Origin: Pseudomonadota bacterium
GTDB taxonomy: Archaea > Thermoplasmatota > SW-10-69-26 > JACQPN01 > JAJPHT01
Direction of reading: 5' to 3'
DNA length: 64,000 bases
NCBI GenBank assembly: GCA_021325135.1
Contig: JAJPHT010000045.1
Location: forward strand, 28,205-92,204
Every line of letters starts with the position of its first letter. The stretch's first letter is position 1. The notes below the pieces were generated by a model. That model was given only the letters and a program-made list of their open reading frames with translations, had not been told where the DNA came from and did no database searches. The translations under genes and the position numbers were made by a program. Of the stretch, positions 50,274-59,948 are shown piece by piece.

Positions 50274-50665
50274 GCGCCGACCCCGTCGACCTGCTGCGGC
50301 GCTTCCGCCGCATCGCCGTCGTGGGCTGCTCCGCGACGCCGGGCAAGGACGCCCACGAGATCCCCAAACACATGCTCCACCACGGCTATGATATCATCCC
50401 CATCAACCCCGGCGCGGCGGAGATCTTCGGCGTGCGCGCGTACCCCACCCTCGCGGACGCGCCCGGCCCCATCGAGATCGTCGACGTGTTCCGCCCTCCA
50501 GCCGAGGCGCCCGCCGTCGCGCGGCAGGCCGTGGCGGCCGGCGCCAAGGCCCTCTGGCTGCAGCTTGGCATCCGCAGCGAGGAGGCGCGCCGCATCGCCG
50601 AGGAGGCGGGCCTTCTCTACGTCGAGGACCGCTGCCTCAAGGTGGAGCTTCGGAAGCTCCGCTGA
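50270..50665 (+). CDS. CoA-binding protein
   Basis: IAVVGCS, IIPINP, IVDVFRP, LWLQLGI and EDRC motifs; GTGA overlap. Confidence 0.9.
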   Translation: MSADPVDLLRRFRRIAVVGCSATPGKDAHEIPKHMLHHGYDIIPINPGAAEIFGVRAYPTLADAPGPIEIVDVFRPPAEAPAVARQAVAAGAKALWLQLGIRSEEARRIAEEAGLLYVEDRCLKVELRKLR

Positions 50666-50747
50666 TCGCCCGCCGCGCATCGACGCAGCGGCGAAGCGCC
50701 GCACTCGCGCCATCGTCAAATAGGCGACGCGTCGCAGGCGCGCCACC

Positions 50748-52013
50748 ATGCGCCCGATCGCCTTCGCCCTCGGTCTTGCGCTCGTCCTCGCTCCCGGCCT
50801 CGTGCCCGTGTCCGAGGCGGGCCTTCTGGGAGCCTCCGGCGGAGGCACGCTCCTCGTGGGCTACTCCCCTGGCGCGCTGACGCCCGTGACGGGCCTCGTC
50901 GCCTCCCTAGGCGGCTCCATCACCGGCTCCTCGCCCGAGCTGTCGGTCCTGCGCGCGGACGTGCCCGACGTCTCCGCCGCGCTGCTTGCGCTCCAGCTTT
51001 CGCCCCTCGTCGCGTTCGCCGAGCGCGACGGGCAGGCGGTCCTCACGGGCGCCGAGTGGAACGGCGCGGAGTGGAACGTCGTCGACGAGAACGGCGCCGA
51101 ATGGAACGGGGCCGAGTGGAACGGCCAAGGCTCCTCCGCGCTCCCCGACCCGGGCATCCCGCTCCAGTGGGGCCTCGTCGCGGCCGACGTGCCCCCGGCG
51201 TGGGCCGTCACCACCGGCCATCGCGCGGCGCCGCTGTGCGTCGTGGACTCCGGCGTCGACCTCTCGCACCCGGACCTCGCGGCCAACCTGTGGACGGGCC
51301 CCTCGGGCGAGCACGGGGTCAACCTCCTCTCGCCCGGCTCGCCGCCCCAGGACGACGCGGGCCACGGCACGCACGTCGCGGGCATCGCCGCCGCCGTCGT
51401 GGGCAACCAGTGGGGCGTCGCGGGCGTCGGCAACGAGCCCATCATGGCCGTGAAGGTCCTGGACAGCACGGGCCACGGCCGCGAGTCGGACGTGGCGTTC
51501 GGCCTCGTCTGGTGCGCGACCCACGGCGCCAAGGTCGCGCTCCTCGCCCTCTCCGCCGACGGCACGACGACGCTGAAGCGCGCGCTGGCGTTCGCCTCGG
51601 ACCACGACGTGCTCGTCGTCGCGTCCGCCGGGAACAAGGGGCCCTGCGCCGGCTGCGTCTCGTTCCCGGCCAGCGACCCGCACGTCCTCGCCGTGGGCGC
51701 GATCTCTCCTTCGCGCACGCTGGCGCCCTTCAGCAGCAGCGGCCCGCAGGTGGCCCTCGCCGCGCCGGGCGTTGATATCACCTCCACCTTTGCGGGCGGC
51801 CTCTACGCGACGGGCAGCGGCACGAGCCAGGCCGCGGCGTGGGTCGCGGGCGCCGCCGCCCTCGCGCGCGACGCGGGGCCGGGCCTCAGCGCGCAGGCCA
51901 CGCGCGACGACCTCGTCTCCCACGCGGTGGACCTCGGGCCAAAAGGTCCCGATCCCCTCTACGGCGCAGGCCTCCTGGACGTGCGCGCGGCCGTGGCGGC
52001 CGCCAGCGGGTAG
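50748..52013 (+). CDS. Secreted S8 (subtilisin-like) serine peptidase with GAEWN repeats
   Basis: Signal peptide; prodomain; triad VVDSG, HGTHVAG and SGTSQA; oxyanion SAGN. Confidence 0.9.
   Translation: MRPIAFALGLALVLAPGLVPVSEAGLLGASGGGTLLVGYSPGALTPVTGLVASLGGSITGSSPELSVLRADVPDVSAALLALQLSPLVAFAERDGQAVLTGAEWNGAEWNVVDENGAEWNGAEWNGQGSSALPDPGIPLQWGLVAADVPPAWAVTTGHRAAPLCVVDSGVDLSHPDLAANLWTGPSGEHGVNLLSPGSPPQDDAGHGTHVAGIAAAVVGNQWGVAGVGNEPIMAVKVLDSTGHGRESDVAFGLVWCATHGAKVALLALSADGTTTLKRALAFASDHDVLVVASAGNKGPCAGCVSFPASDPHVLAVGAISPSRTLAPFSSSGPQVALAAPGVDITSTFAGGLYATGSGTSQAAAWVAGAAALARDAGPGLSAQATRDDLVSHAVDLGPKGPDPLYGAGLLDVRAAVAAASG
51048..51122 (+). repeat. Four 15-bp coding repeats (GAEWN) in the subtilase
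   Basis: GAEWN-GAEWN-VVDEN-GAEWN-GAEWN, with synonymous variation among the copies. Confidence 0.9.
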
Positions 52014-52018
52014 GCGCC

Positions 52019-54265
52019 ATGTCCTTCGTCGGAAGCCGGGCAGCCCGCGCCCCCACGCGGGACGCCCTCGCGCCCGTCCTCGGCGCCACCGTGGCCGCCG
52101 GAGCCGCCGCGCTCGCGGCCGCGCTCCTGGCCGCCCTGGGCGCGCCCGCGGCCGCCTTCCTCGCCCTCGCGCCCCTCGCGCTGGGCCCCGTGCTCTGGCC
52201 CGCGACCGCGGCGTTCGCGCTCCTCTTCTTCCTCCTCCAGAAGCAGGGGTTCGTGTTCCACTGGCGCGCCGAGAGCACCAAGGTGAGCCTCGACGAGATC
52301 GCGCTCTTCCTGGGCGTCCTGGCGTTGCCGCCCGCGCACGTCGTCCTGGGCGTCGCGGCCAGCTCCCTGGCGAGCCAGGTCGTCCACCGCAGGGCCGCGT
52401 ACAAGGCGGCGTTCAACGTCGCGCAGTACGCCCTGGCCGCGACGGGCGCCGCGGGCGTCGCCCTGGCGATGCGCTCGTGGGGCGTCCCCTCGCCCTGGTT
52501 CGCCCTCGCCTCGCCCCTGGTCTTCAGCGTCACGACGAGCCTCCTCGTGAGCTTCCTCTTCGGCCGCATGGAGGGCGAGCCCGCGCTGCGCGTCTTCCGC
52601 GCGCGCTTCATGCCCTTCAGCGCCATGAGCGCGACGCTGGGCGCCTCGCTGGGCCTCGGCGTCGTCGCGCTGGCGTCCCTCTCGCCGTGGGCGACCCTCG
52701 CCGCGGTCCCCGTCTTCCTCCACGTGCGCCGCTTCGGCCGCCTCGCCGAGTGGGCCGACGCCGAGCTTCGCACGCACCAGCGCCTCGCCGCCATGAGCGC
52801 GGAGGTCGCCGGAAGCGCGGACCTCGACTCCGTCGCGACGCGCATCCTCGCCGCGTGCCGCGAGATCCTCGACGCGGGCGAGGTGCGCCTCCTGCTCTCG
52901 GGCGCGCAGGGCCCGCGGGAGTGGCGCGAGGGGCCGGGATCGGCCTCGGGCTCGGTCGCGGCGCTCGTGCAGGACGCGCGCGGGCAGGCCATCGGCTCGC
53001 TCAGCGCCGGCCCCAAGCGCGGCCAGCGCGCGTTCGGCGAGCGCGAGCGGCACCTCCTCCAGACCGTCGCGGCCAGCGTCGCCAGCGCGTCCGCCAACGC
53101 GAGCGCGCTGCGCGCGGCCGAGGCCGCGAACCGCAGCCTCTCCGAGAGCGAGTCGCGCTATCGCACCCTCTTCGAGACGTCGCGCCTCCAGCTCCACGTC
53201 CTGGACCGCGAGGGGCGCATCCTCGACCTCAACCCGGCCGCCGCGCGCATGCTGGGCCTGCCTCAGGAGGAGGCCGTGGGCCGCGCGCTGCCGGAGCTTC
53301 TCCCCGACGCCGCGGGCGTGCTGCGGGGCGCGCTGGAGGCGGGCTTCGCGCGGGGCGAGGCCCACGACGTGGAGTGCGCCTCGCGCGGCCAGCACTTCCT
53401 CCTCGACGCGCGCGCCCTGCCCGGCGAGCCCGCGCGCCTCGTCGTCTTCGCCCGCGACGTGACGCCCTTGAAGGCGCTGGAGGCCGAGCTTCGCGAATCC
53501 AACCGCGTGCAGCACGAGACAATCCGCCGCCTGGAGAACATGAACCGCGAGCTGGAGGAGTTCACGCTCTGGACGACCCACGACATGCGCGAGCCGCTGC
53601 GCAGCATCGGCACCATCGCGGGTTTGCTCCACGAGGACCTCGACCGCGGCATCAGCCCCGAGGAGGCGCGCGACATGACGCGGCGCATCTGCGAGGGGAG
53701 CGAGCGCCTCAAGGAGCGCGTGAAGGCGCTCCACGCGTTCAGCCTCATCGTGCAGCGCGACGACGCGTTCGGCAACGTGGACCTCCAGGAGGTCGTGGAC
53801 GTCGTCGTCGACAGCATGGAGGCGAAGGTGCGCGAGCGGCGCGCGCAGGTCGTCCTCCCGCGCGGGCGCTTCCCCATCGTGCGCGCCCAGCCGCACCGCA
53901 TCCACCAGGTGGTGGCGAACCTCGTGGAGAACGCCCTCAAGTACGGCCACGCCCAGGAGCCGCGCGTGGAGATCGGCCACGAGGAGACGCCCGAGGGGCT
54001 GCGCCTCTTCGTGCGCGACAACGGGCCGGGCATCCCCGCGCAGTACCACCACCGCATCTTCCAGCTCTTCCAGCGCGGCCCCGCGACGCAGGAGCCCGGC
54101 AGCGGCGCGGGCCTCGCCATCGTCAAGCGCATCGTGGAGCAGCACGGCGGGCGCGTCTGGGTGGAGAGCGAGGCCGGCCAGGGCGCGTGCTTCTACGTGC
54201 TGCTCCCCTCGGAGACCGCCCGAAAGCCATTTGAAGGGGCCGAAGGCTCGCCCGCTCGCCCATGA
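52019..54265 (+). CDS. Membrane sensor histidine kinase (TM sensor, GAF, PAS, HisKA, HATPase)
   Basis: HDMREPL H-box; NLVENALKY, DNGPGI, IFQLFQR and GAGLAIVKR motifs; starts 5 nt after the peptidase stop. Confidence 0.9.
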   Translation: MSFVGSRAARAPTRDALAPVLGATVAAGAAALAAALLAALGAPAAAFLALAPLALGPVLWPATAAFALLFFLLQKQGFVFHWRAESTKVSLDEIALFLGVLALPPAHVVLGVAASSLASQVVHRRAAYKAAFNVAQYALAATGAAGVALAMRSWGVPSPWFALASPLVFSVTTSLLVSFLFGRMEGEPALRVFRARFMPFSAMSATLGASLGLGVVALASLSPWATLAAVPVFLHVRRFGRLAEWADAELRTHQRLAAMSAEVAGSADLDSVATRILAACREILDAGEVRLLLSGAQGPREWREGPGSASGSVAALVQDARGQAIGSLSAGPKRGQRAFGERERHLLQTVAASVASASANASALRAAEAANRSLSESESRYRTLFETSRLQLHVLDREGRILDLNPAAARMLGLPQEEAVGRALPELLPDAAGVLRGALEAGFARGEAHDVECASRGQHFLLDARALPGEPARLVVFARDVTPLKALEAELRESNRVQHETIRRLENMNRELEEFTLWTTHDMREPLRSIGTIAGLLHEDLDRGISPEEARDMTRRICEGSERLKERVKALHAFSLIVQRDDAFGNVDLQEVVDVVVDSMEAKVRERRAQVVLPRGRFPIVRAQPHRIHQVVANLVENALKYGHAQEPRVEIGHEETPEGLRLFVRDNGPGIPAQYHHRIFQLFQRGPATQEPGSGAGLAIVKRIVEQHGGRVWVESEAGQGACFYVLLPSETARKPFEGAEGSPARP

Positions 54266-54381
54266 TCATCTGCAAGAGCTGCGGCCGCAAGATCGAGGCC
54301 TCGGAGGTCAAGTACCGGACCACCGAGAACGGCAAGAGCGTCACCATCTGCCCCGACTGCGCGAAGCAGCGCGGCATCTAG
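54262..54381 (+). CDS. Small zinc-finger protein (39 aa; not in the ORF track)
   Basis: MIICKSCGRKIEASEVKYRTTENGKSVTICPDCAKQRGI; ATGA overlap with the kinase stop. Confidence 0.75.
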   Translation: MIICKSCGRKIEASEVKYRTTENGKSVTICPDCAKQRGI

Positions 54382-54433
54382 GCCCCACGCGGGGATCGAA
54401 AGGGTCTTCCTGGGGCCCGGGCCTCGCGAAGGC

Positions 54434-54613
54434 ATGGACCTTCTCGCTTCGCTGCCCGTGCTCTCGCGGACGCAGGCCATCGTCGCCGCGGTCATCGTCG
54501 TCGTCCTGGTCCTCCTTGCGTGGAAGTTCCTCAAGTTCGCGTTCAAGGTCGCGATCATCGTCGCCGCGGCCGTGCTCATCTACCTCGCCATCCACGCTGC
54601 GGGGATCGTTTGA
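54434..54613 (+). CDS. Small membrane protein (59 aa; not in the ORF track)
   Basis: Two TM helices linked by WKFLKFAFK. Confidence 0.7.
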   Translation: MDLLASLPVLSRTQAIVAAVIVVVLVLLAWKFLKFAFKVAIIVAAAVLIYLAIHAAGIV

Positions 54614-54670
54614 GCCGGGCGAGGCCGGGAAGCCGCCATCTTGATTCCCTGGGGCGGCGCGGTACACGCG

Positions 54671-55450
54671 ATGCGCCGGCGCATCGCCTTCCCCCTCCTC
54701 GCCCTCCTCGTCTCCGTCCTGGCCGGGTGCGCGGCCGGGCCCTCGCAGAGCTCGGCGGGCACGCCCCCCGGGACCACGCCGACGAGCGCCACGCCCGCGT
54801 CCAACGCCACCAACGACAGCGCGGCCTTCCTGCTCGTGGGCCCTGAGCTGCGCTTCCCCAACGGCACGGCCTCCACGGCGTTCCACGAGGACGACGCCAT
54901 CGTCGCGCACTACGTCATCTCCCTCACGCCCGGCGCGCCCCACGACGCGACGGCCCTCGCGGCCTACCTGGTGAACGGCAAGGTCGTCGACGTGCAGACC
55001 GTCCACCTGAGGCCCGGCGAGTCGCGCCCCTTCGACGCCGCCGTCTCCCTGGCCAACCAGACGATGCTGCGCGTCCAGGTGAAGGTGGGCGCGGCGGAGG
55101 GCGACGCCACCGCGAGCATCGTGCGCTGGCCGCGCGTCAACGAGACGTTCATGCTGGGCAACGCCAGCGTGACGCTCACCTGGTGGGCGCACGACGCGCA
55201 GGGCGTCCACGCGGACCTCTCCGTCTGGACGCCGCCGGAGGGCAGCGTGACCGCGCTGGACGCCGCGCTCCTCTGCCCCGGCTCCGAGGGCAAGCTCGCC
55301 TCGGGCGGCGCCCAGCCCGTCCCCATGGCGCCCGGCCAGGCGGCCGCCTCCTCGCTGGACTTCCCGCCCTGCACGTGGCCCTACGGCCTGGCGCTGTCCG
55401 CTTCCGACGCGGGCGGGACGCATCTCGGCCGGGTCCTCTTCGGGCAGTAG
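54671..55450 (+). CDS. Putative lipoprotein (CARDB/Ig-like)
   Basis: MRRR...LAGC lipobox; Ser/Thr/Pro linker; beta-rich domains. Confidence 0.7.
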   Translation: MRRRIAFPLLALLVSVLAGCAAGPSQSSAGTPPGTTPTSATPASNATNDSAAFLLVGPELRFPNGTASTAFHEDDAIVAHYVISLTPGAPHDATALAAYLVNGKVVDVQTVHLRPGESRPFDAAVSLANQTMLRVQVKVGAAEGDATASIVRWPRVNETFMLGNASVTLTWWAHDAQGVHADLSVWTPPEGSVTALDAALLCPGSEGKLASGGAQPVPMAPGQAAASSLDFPPCTWPYGLALSASDAGGTHLGRVLFGQ

Positions 55451-55562
55451 CCCATGCGATATCAAGGACGGGACAAGGTCCCCTGGGGCCCGGGCCCGCT
55501 CAGTTTCCCTGCGCATCCACAAAGGGGAAGGCTGGCCCCCGCCGAGAAGGGGACCAGTGCCC

Positions 55563-56444
55563 ATGAGGAAGCTCCTGATCGCGGTCGCGCTCCTGGCGCT
55601 GGCCGCCACCCTTCCCGCCGCGTCCGCCCTCGAGGCGCGCGTCAGCGTCCAGGCCCGCGCGCCCGACGCCGCGCTCCCCCAGGTCCCGGCGATCCCCGCG
55701 GCGCCCCACGCCTCCCTGACCCCCCTTCCGCACGTCGCGGTCCCCGCCCCCGCGCTGCCCGTGGGCGCCAAGGCCTCCGCGGGCGGGGCGGACCTCACCA
55801 TCACCCCCGCCTCGGCGCCCCAGGCCGCGCCCGACCCGGCGCCGGACGCCGCCGCGAAGCTCGTCCCCCTCGCCCGCAAGGCCGCGCCCCCCGCCATCGC
55901 GGCGGCCGGCCTCTTCGCGCTCCTCCAGTCGCTGGGCGCCTTCCGCTTCGCCGGCGCGGGCGCCTTCGCCCTCTACTCGCGCCTCACGCGCAGCAACCTC
56001 CTGGACAACGGGCACCGCGACCGAGTCTACAAGCTCATCCAGGAGTCGCCCGGCCTCAACGTGAGCGAGATCGGCCAGCGCGCCGGCCTCGGCTGGGGCA
56101 CCACGGTCTACCACCTCGACCGCCTGGAGCGCGAAGGCTTCGTCGCCGCCGAGCGCGCGGGCCTCTCCAAGCGCTTCTTCGCCGTCGGCCTGGTCGACCG
56201 CGAGACGCGCCGCACCACCGCGCAGCTCAAGGACGGCCCCCGCCGCGACGTGGCCGCCGTCCTCCTCGCCACCCCGGGCATCACCCAGAGCGAGCTTGCC
56301 GCCACCCTGGGCATGAGCGCCTCCGCCGCATCCAAGCAGGTCACCAAGCTGGAGAGCGCGGGGCTCGTGCGCCGCGAGCGCGACTGGAAGACGGTGCGGC
56401 TCTTCCCGGGGCCCGCCCTCTCGGCGGCGCCGCTCCCGGCGTGA
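55563..56444 (+). CDS. Membrane-associated tandem winged-helix transcriptional regulator
   Basis: Signal peptide, Pro/Ala linker and hydrophobic helix, then two wHTH units (PGLNVSEI..YHL..LER; PGITQSEL..LE). Confidence 0.8.
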   Translation: MRKLLIAVALLALAATLPAASALEARVSVQARAPDAALPQVPAIPAAPHASLTPLPHVAVPAPALPVGAKASAGGADLTITPASAPQAAPDPAPDAAAKLVPLARKAAPPAIAAAGLFALLQSLGAFRFAGAGAFALYSRLTRSNLLDNGHRDRVYKLIQESPGLNVSEIGQRAGLGWGTTVYHLDRLEREGFVAAERAGLSKRFFAVGLVDRETRRTTAQLKDGPRRDVAAVLLATPGITQSELAATLGMSASAASKQVTKLESAGLVRRERDWKTVRLFPGPALSAAPLPA

Positions 56445-56459
56445 TCGCCACAGGGGCGC

Positions 56460-57014
56460 TCAGAGCGGCGCGATCCGCCCGAAGGAGCCCAGCGTCACGA
56501 TGGCGGGCTCGTCCTCCAGGCGCTCCTCGCGGCCGTCGGCCCACCACACGGCGCCCTGCGCCTTGCCGCGCAGCGCGAGGTCCACGCCCCAGCAGGTGAA
56601 GCGCTTCGAGCCCCACACGGGCCGGCCCTCGCCGCCGTAGGGCGCCTGCTGCGGCGTCGCGTCCGCAGGCGCCACCAGCGTCATCTCCGCCAGCGCGATG
56701 GGGCCCACCTCGGCGCGCAGCATGCCCGCGACCACGCGCCCGTCGCCGCGCTCGGTGAGGAGCAGGTCGTCCTCGGGCACGCGGTGCGTCTCGCACTCGG
56801 GGTAGCGCTCCGCCATGAAGCGCGCGCCCGCCTCGGAGGAGACGTACACGGTGGCCGGGACGCTGGTGGAGGCGCCCAGCACGATGAAGACGTCGAAGAC
56901 GCCGTGCGTCGGGCTGCGGATGCGGCACCACTCGAAGCGGCCCTCGACGTGCGCGAAGGGGGCGAAGAACTCGTAGGCGACGCCGGGGCCGTCGGGCGGG
57001 CGCAGGAAGCTCAC
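56460..57014 (-). CDS. Hypothetical protein
   Basis: GTG start; protein-like composition from VSFLRPP to the stop. Confidence 0.6.
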   Translation of the reverse strand: MSFLRPPDGPGVAYEFFAPFAHVEGRFEWCRIRSPTHGVFDVFIVLGASTSVPATVYVSSEAGARFMAERYPECETHRVPEDDLLLTERGDGRVVAGMLRAEVGPIALAEMTLVAPADATPQQAPYGGEGRPVWGSKRFTCWGVDLALRGKAQGAVWWADGREERLEDEPAIVTLGSFGRIAPL

Positions 57015-57232
57015 GCGGCGCGCAGGCCGCGACGCTGGCTTGAGCCTTCGCCGCGGGGCGGCGCCGCGGCCAAGCCCCCTGGCTTCCGACGCGCCGCCCG
57101 CGAGCTTGCTCCCCCTTTGGGGCCGCTCCGGCGGTGCGGTCCAGAACTGACATGCCCTGGGACGCCGCACGAGCACCCGAGGGCCATGGAGATCCGAAGA
57201 CGAGGCTCCCCATCGCCGGGCGGGCCGGGCCC

Positions 57233-57799
57233 GTGACGACCTACCAGCCGGAGCAGTGGGAAGGCTTCTTCCTGGCGGTCGGCGGGGGCGCTGCGGTCCT
57301 CACGGGCCTCGTCGTGGTGGCCATGTCGATGCACCTGCCCGTGATCACGGCCGACCCCGCGCTCCGGCATCGCGCCCGGATGATCCTCGCGAGCCTGGCG
57401 GGCGTGTTCATGCGCTGCTCGCTCGCCCTCATGGGCGGCCAGGACGGACGCGCGGTCGCCATCGATCTCTTCGCCGTCTGCCTGGTTCTGGTCGTCCTCA
57501 ACCTGCGCAGCTACGCCCCCGTCGCGAAGAGCCACGTGGCGCATCGCGTCTCGCGGCTGCGGACGATGGGCGGGATCGCCTGCTACGGCGCCGAGATGAT
57601 CGGCGCGGCCCTCCTGTTCTCCGGCGTGGGGTGGGGGCTCCACGTGGCCGCCGTCGCCATGGTGGCCAGCTTCGCCGTCATGATCAGCAGCTCCTGGCTC
57701 CTCCTGCTCGGGGTCCGGCCGGACGAGAACCCTTCTCCGGAGGACGCCCGCGGCGTGGCCCGGCGCGTCCGGCTGCCGTCGCGGGACCCGCGGGGATGA
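57233..57799 (+). CDS. Hypothetical membrane protein
   Basis: WEGFFLA..G.AA.LTGL..VAMS start motif; about five TM segments. Confidence 0.65.
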   Translation: MTTYQPEQWEGFFLAVGGGAAVLTGLVVVAMSMHLPVITADPALRHRARMILASLAGVFMRCSLALMGGQDGRAVAIDLFAVCLVLVVLNLRSYAPVAKSHVAHRVSRLRTMGGIACYGAEMIGAALLFSGVGWGLHVAAVAMVASFAVMISSSWLLLLGVRPDENPSPEDARGVARRVRLPSRDPRG

Positions 57800-58171
57800 C
57801 GCCGCGCGCCCAGAATGCGGGGCCGAGGGCTGTCCGAAGCTCCCCTGTCGCCGCGCGCTAACAGTGCAATTCCTCGTCCGCAAGCGGGCATCACACCGCC
57901 GTGCGGCCTCCTTTTCCTGACCCGCGCGCGGGCTTCTCGGGGAGCGGGACTTCTTCTGCGGCCCCCGGTTGAACCGCGATCAACGCATGAGGCTCGCGCC
58001 TCGCTCCAGCGGTGGCCCAATGGCCAGGGACCCGTGTGCGCCCTCCCCGCGGGGGCCCCGTCACAGGTCGGGGGCCGGTCGTGGAGCGGGCAAGCCCCCT
58101 CAGGCCTCCTCGCGGATAGCCTTTCCGGCGCGCGCGAAAACCCTTTGAGCGGGGCGTGGCTTGCCGCGCCG

Positions 58172-59725
58172 ATGGCCGTCCGCCGGCTGCTGCCCCTCCT
58201 GCTCCTCGTGGTCCTCCTGGCGCCCCTGGCGAGCGCGGAGGACGCGCCGGTCATCGTGGAGCGCGCGGACGCCGGGGGCCTCTCCGCCGACGTGGGGCAG
58301 GACGCGACGGCCGTGCTCGCGCTCTCGAACCTCAACCCGTCGACGGACTTCTACGTGAACGTCCACGTGGACGGCGCGCCGGGCTGGTCCGTGCGCGTGC
58401 AGCCCAACGACTTCCTGCTCCCGGTCCGTCCGGCGGCGGGGCGCGTGCCCACCAACGTGACCGTGACGTTCAGCGCGATGGAGCGGCCCCGCGCGGACGC
58501 GGTCTTCCACGTGAACGTCAGCATCGTGAGCACCGCGACGGGCGCGCTCACGAGCGTCGTGCAGGACGTCGCCGTGGCCAACGCCGCGCCGCCCCTCGTG
58601 CTCGAGGCGTTCCAGAACCCGCTGGGCCCCCCGCTGGACAACGTGTGGGGCACGTTCCTCCTGGACATGGCCTTCTGGGTGGTCGCCTCCGTGGCGGCCG
58701 TCTTCGCGGGCAACTGGGTGATCCGCGTCGCCACGCTGCGCGCCGCCAAGTACGTCTCCACCGAGATGGCGCAGAAGCTCAGGCTGCCCCTCTTCCTCTT
58801 CGCGCTCTCGCTGGGCTTCTCGTCGAGCCTGCACGTGCTTCCGCGCAACTTCTTCACCGAGGAGGTCGCGCGCATCGCGCTGGCCATCGGCGTGGGCGTC
58901 TTCGGCCTCTACGTGCTCTACAAGCTCATGGACGCCGGGCTCTACTACTACGAGAAGGAGATCGCGCCGCGCACCGAGACGAAGATGGACGACGTGATCA
59001 TCCCCGTCGTGCGCAAGGTGGGCGTCGTCGTGCTCTGGGTCGTGGGCGGCGTGCTCACGCTGCGCCAGCTGGGCTGGGACCCGACGGTCATCTTCGCGGG
59101 CGCCTCCATCGCGGGCATCGTGATCGGTTTCGCCGCGCAGGACACGCTGGGCAACCTCTTCAGCGGCGTCTTCATCATGCTCGACCAGCCCTTCGTCGAG
59201 GGCGACGACATCATGCTGGAGACGGGCGAGACGGCGCGCGTGGAGACCATCGGCCTGCGCACGACGCGGCTTTACAACTACATGACGCACGAGAGCATCA
59301 TCGTGCCCAACAACGGCCTCGCGTCCAAGCGCATCGTCAACCACACGGGGCCCGACTCCAAGTACCGCCTCTCCGTGGACGTGGGCGCGGACTACGGCTC
59401 CGACCCCGAGACGGTGCGCCGCGTCCTCCTCCAGGTGGCGGAGGCGCACCCCAAGGTCCTCAAGGAGGCGCCCTGGGAGCCGCGCGTGCGCTTCAAGAGC
59501 TTCGGCGACTCCAGCCTGGACTTCACGCTGCGCGTCACGATCCCCGAGTTCAAGGACCGCAACGAGATCGCCTCCGACCTGCGCTTCGGCATCAAGAAGG
59601 CCTTCGAGCAGAACGGCATCGACATCCCCTTCCCCCACCGGACGCTCGTGGTCAAGGGCGACGGAGCGGCCAAGGTGCTCACGCCCTCCGTGGACTCCCC
59701 CGACGCTCCCCCGAAGAAGCGCTGA
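58172..59725 (+). CDS. Small-conductance mechanosensitive channel (MscS family) with extracellular N-terminal domain
   Basis: GFAAQDTLGNLFSG, PFVEGD, IGLRTT, VPN, FGDSSLDF and GIDIPFP motifs. Confidence 0.92.
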   Translation: MAVRRLLPLLLLVVLLAPLASAEDAPVIVERADAGGLSADVGQDATAVLALSNLNPSTDFYVNVHVDGAPGWSVRVQPNDFLLPVRPAAGRVPTNVTVTFSAMERPRADAVFHVNVSIVSTATGALTSVVQDVAVANAAPPLVLEAFQNPLGPPLDNVWGTFLLDMAFWVVASVAAVFAGNWVIRVATLRAAKYVSTEMAQKLRLPLFLFALSLGFSSSLHVLPRNFFTEEVARIALAIGVGVFGLYVLYKLMDAGLYYYEKEIAPRTETKMDDVIIPVVRKVGVVVLWVVGGVLTLRQLGWDPTVIFAGASIAGIVIGFAAQDTLGNLFSGVFIMLDQPFVEGDDIMLETGETARVETIGLRTTRLYNYMTHESIIVPNNGLASKRIVNHTGPDSKYRLSVDVGADYGSDPETVRRVLLQVAEAHPKVLKEAPWEPRVRFKSFGDSSLDFTLRVTIPEFKDRNEIASDLRFGIKKAFEQNGIDIPFPHRTLVVKGDGAAKVLTPSVDSPDAPPKKR

Positions 59726-59745
59726 GCCCGCCGCTGCTTGCCTCC

Positions 59746-59863
59746 CTGGTCAAGGGTCCAAAGAACGCGATGAGCGCGAAGAGCGCCAAGGACGCGACGA
59801 AAGGAGACTTCGCGACCTTGGCGCTCTTCGCGCTCTTTGCGTTCTTTGGACCCGCAAGACCAG
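59746..59863. repeat. Long imperfect palindrome built of 9-nt units
   Basis: Arms of about 44 bp, gggtccaaagaacgc..gagcgcgaagagcgccaagg / ccttggcgctcttcgcgctc..gcgttctttggaccc; units aagaacgcg, atgagcgcg, aagagcgcc, aaggacgcg. Confidence 0.85.
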
Positions 59864-59948
59864 CGAGGCAAGCCATTCGGGCTCGGGCGCGTTCGCGCGT
59901 TGATCCAAAAGCGCCAACCTGCCGCAGGCTGCCGGGGGCGCGACGCCC

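Noticed and set aside
50748-52013. Subtilase as the dedicated LanP leader peptidase of the RiPP cluster
   Set aside because: It lies 10 kb away with unrelated genes in between and is tightly coupled to a histidine kinase; not excluded, but unsupported
57800-58171. SRP RNA, RNase P RNA or riboswitch in a 370-nt intergenic gap
   Set aside because: I could not find their conserved motifs on either strand; the region remains unexplained and an Rfam scan would settle it
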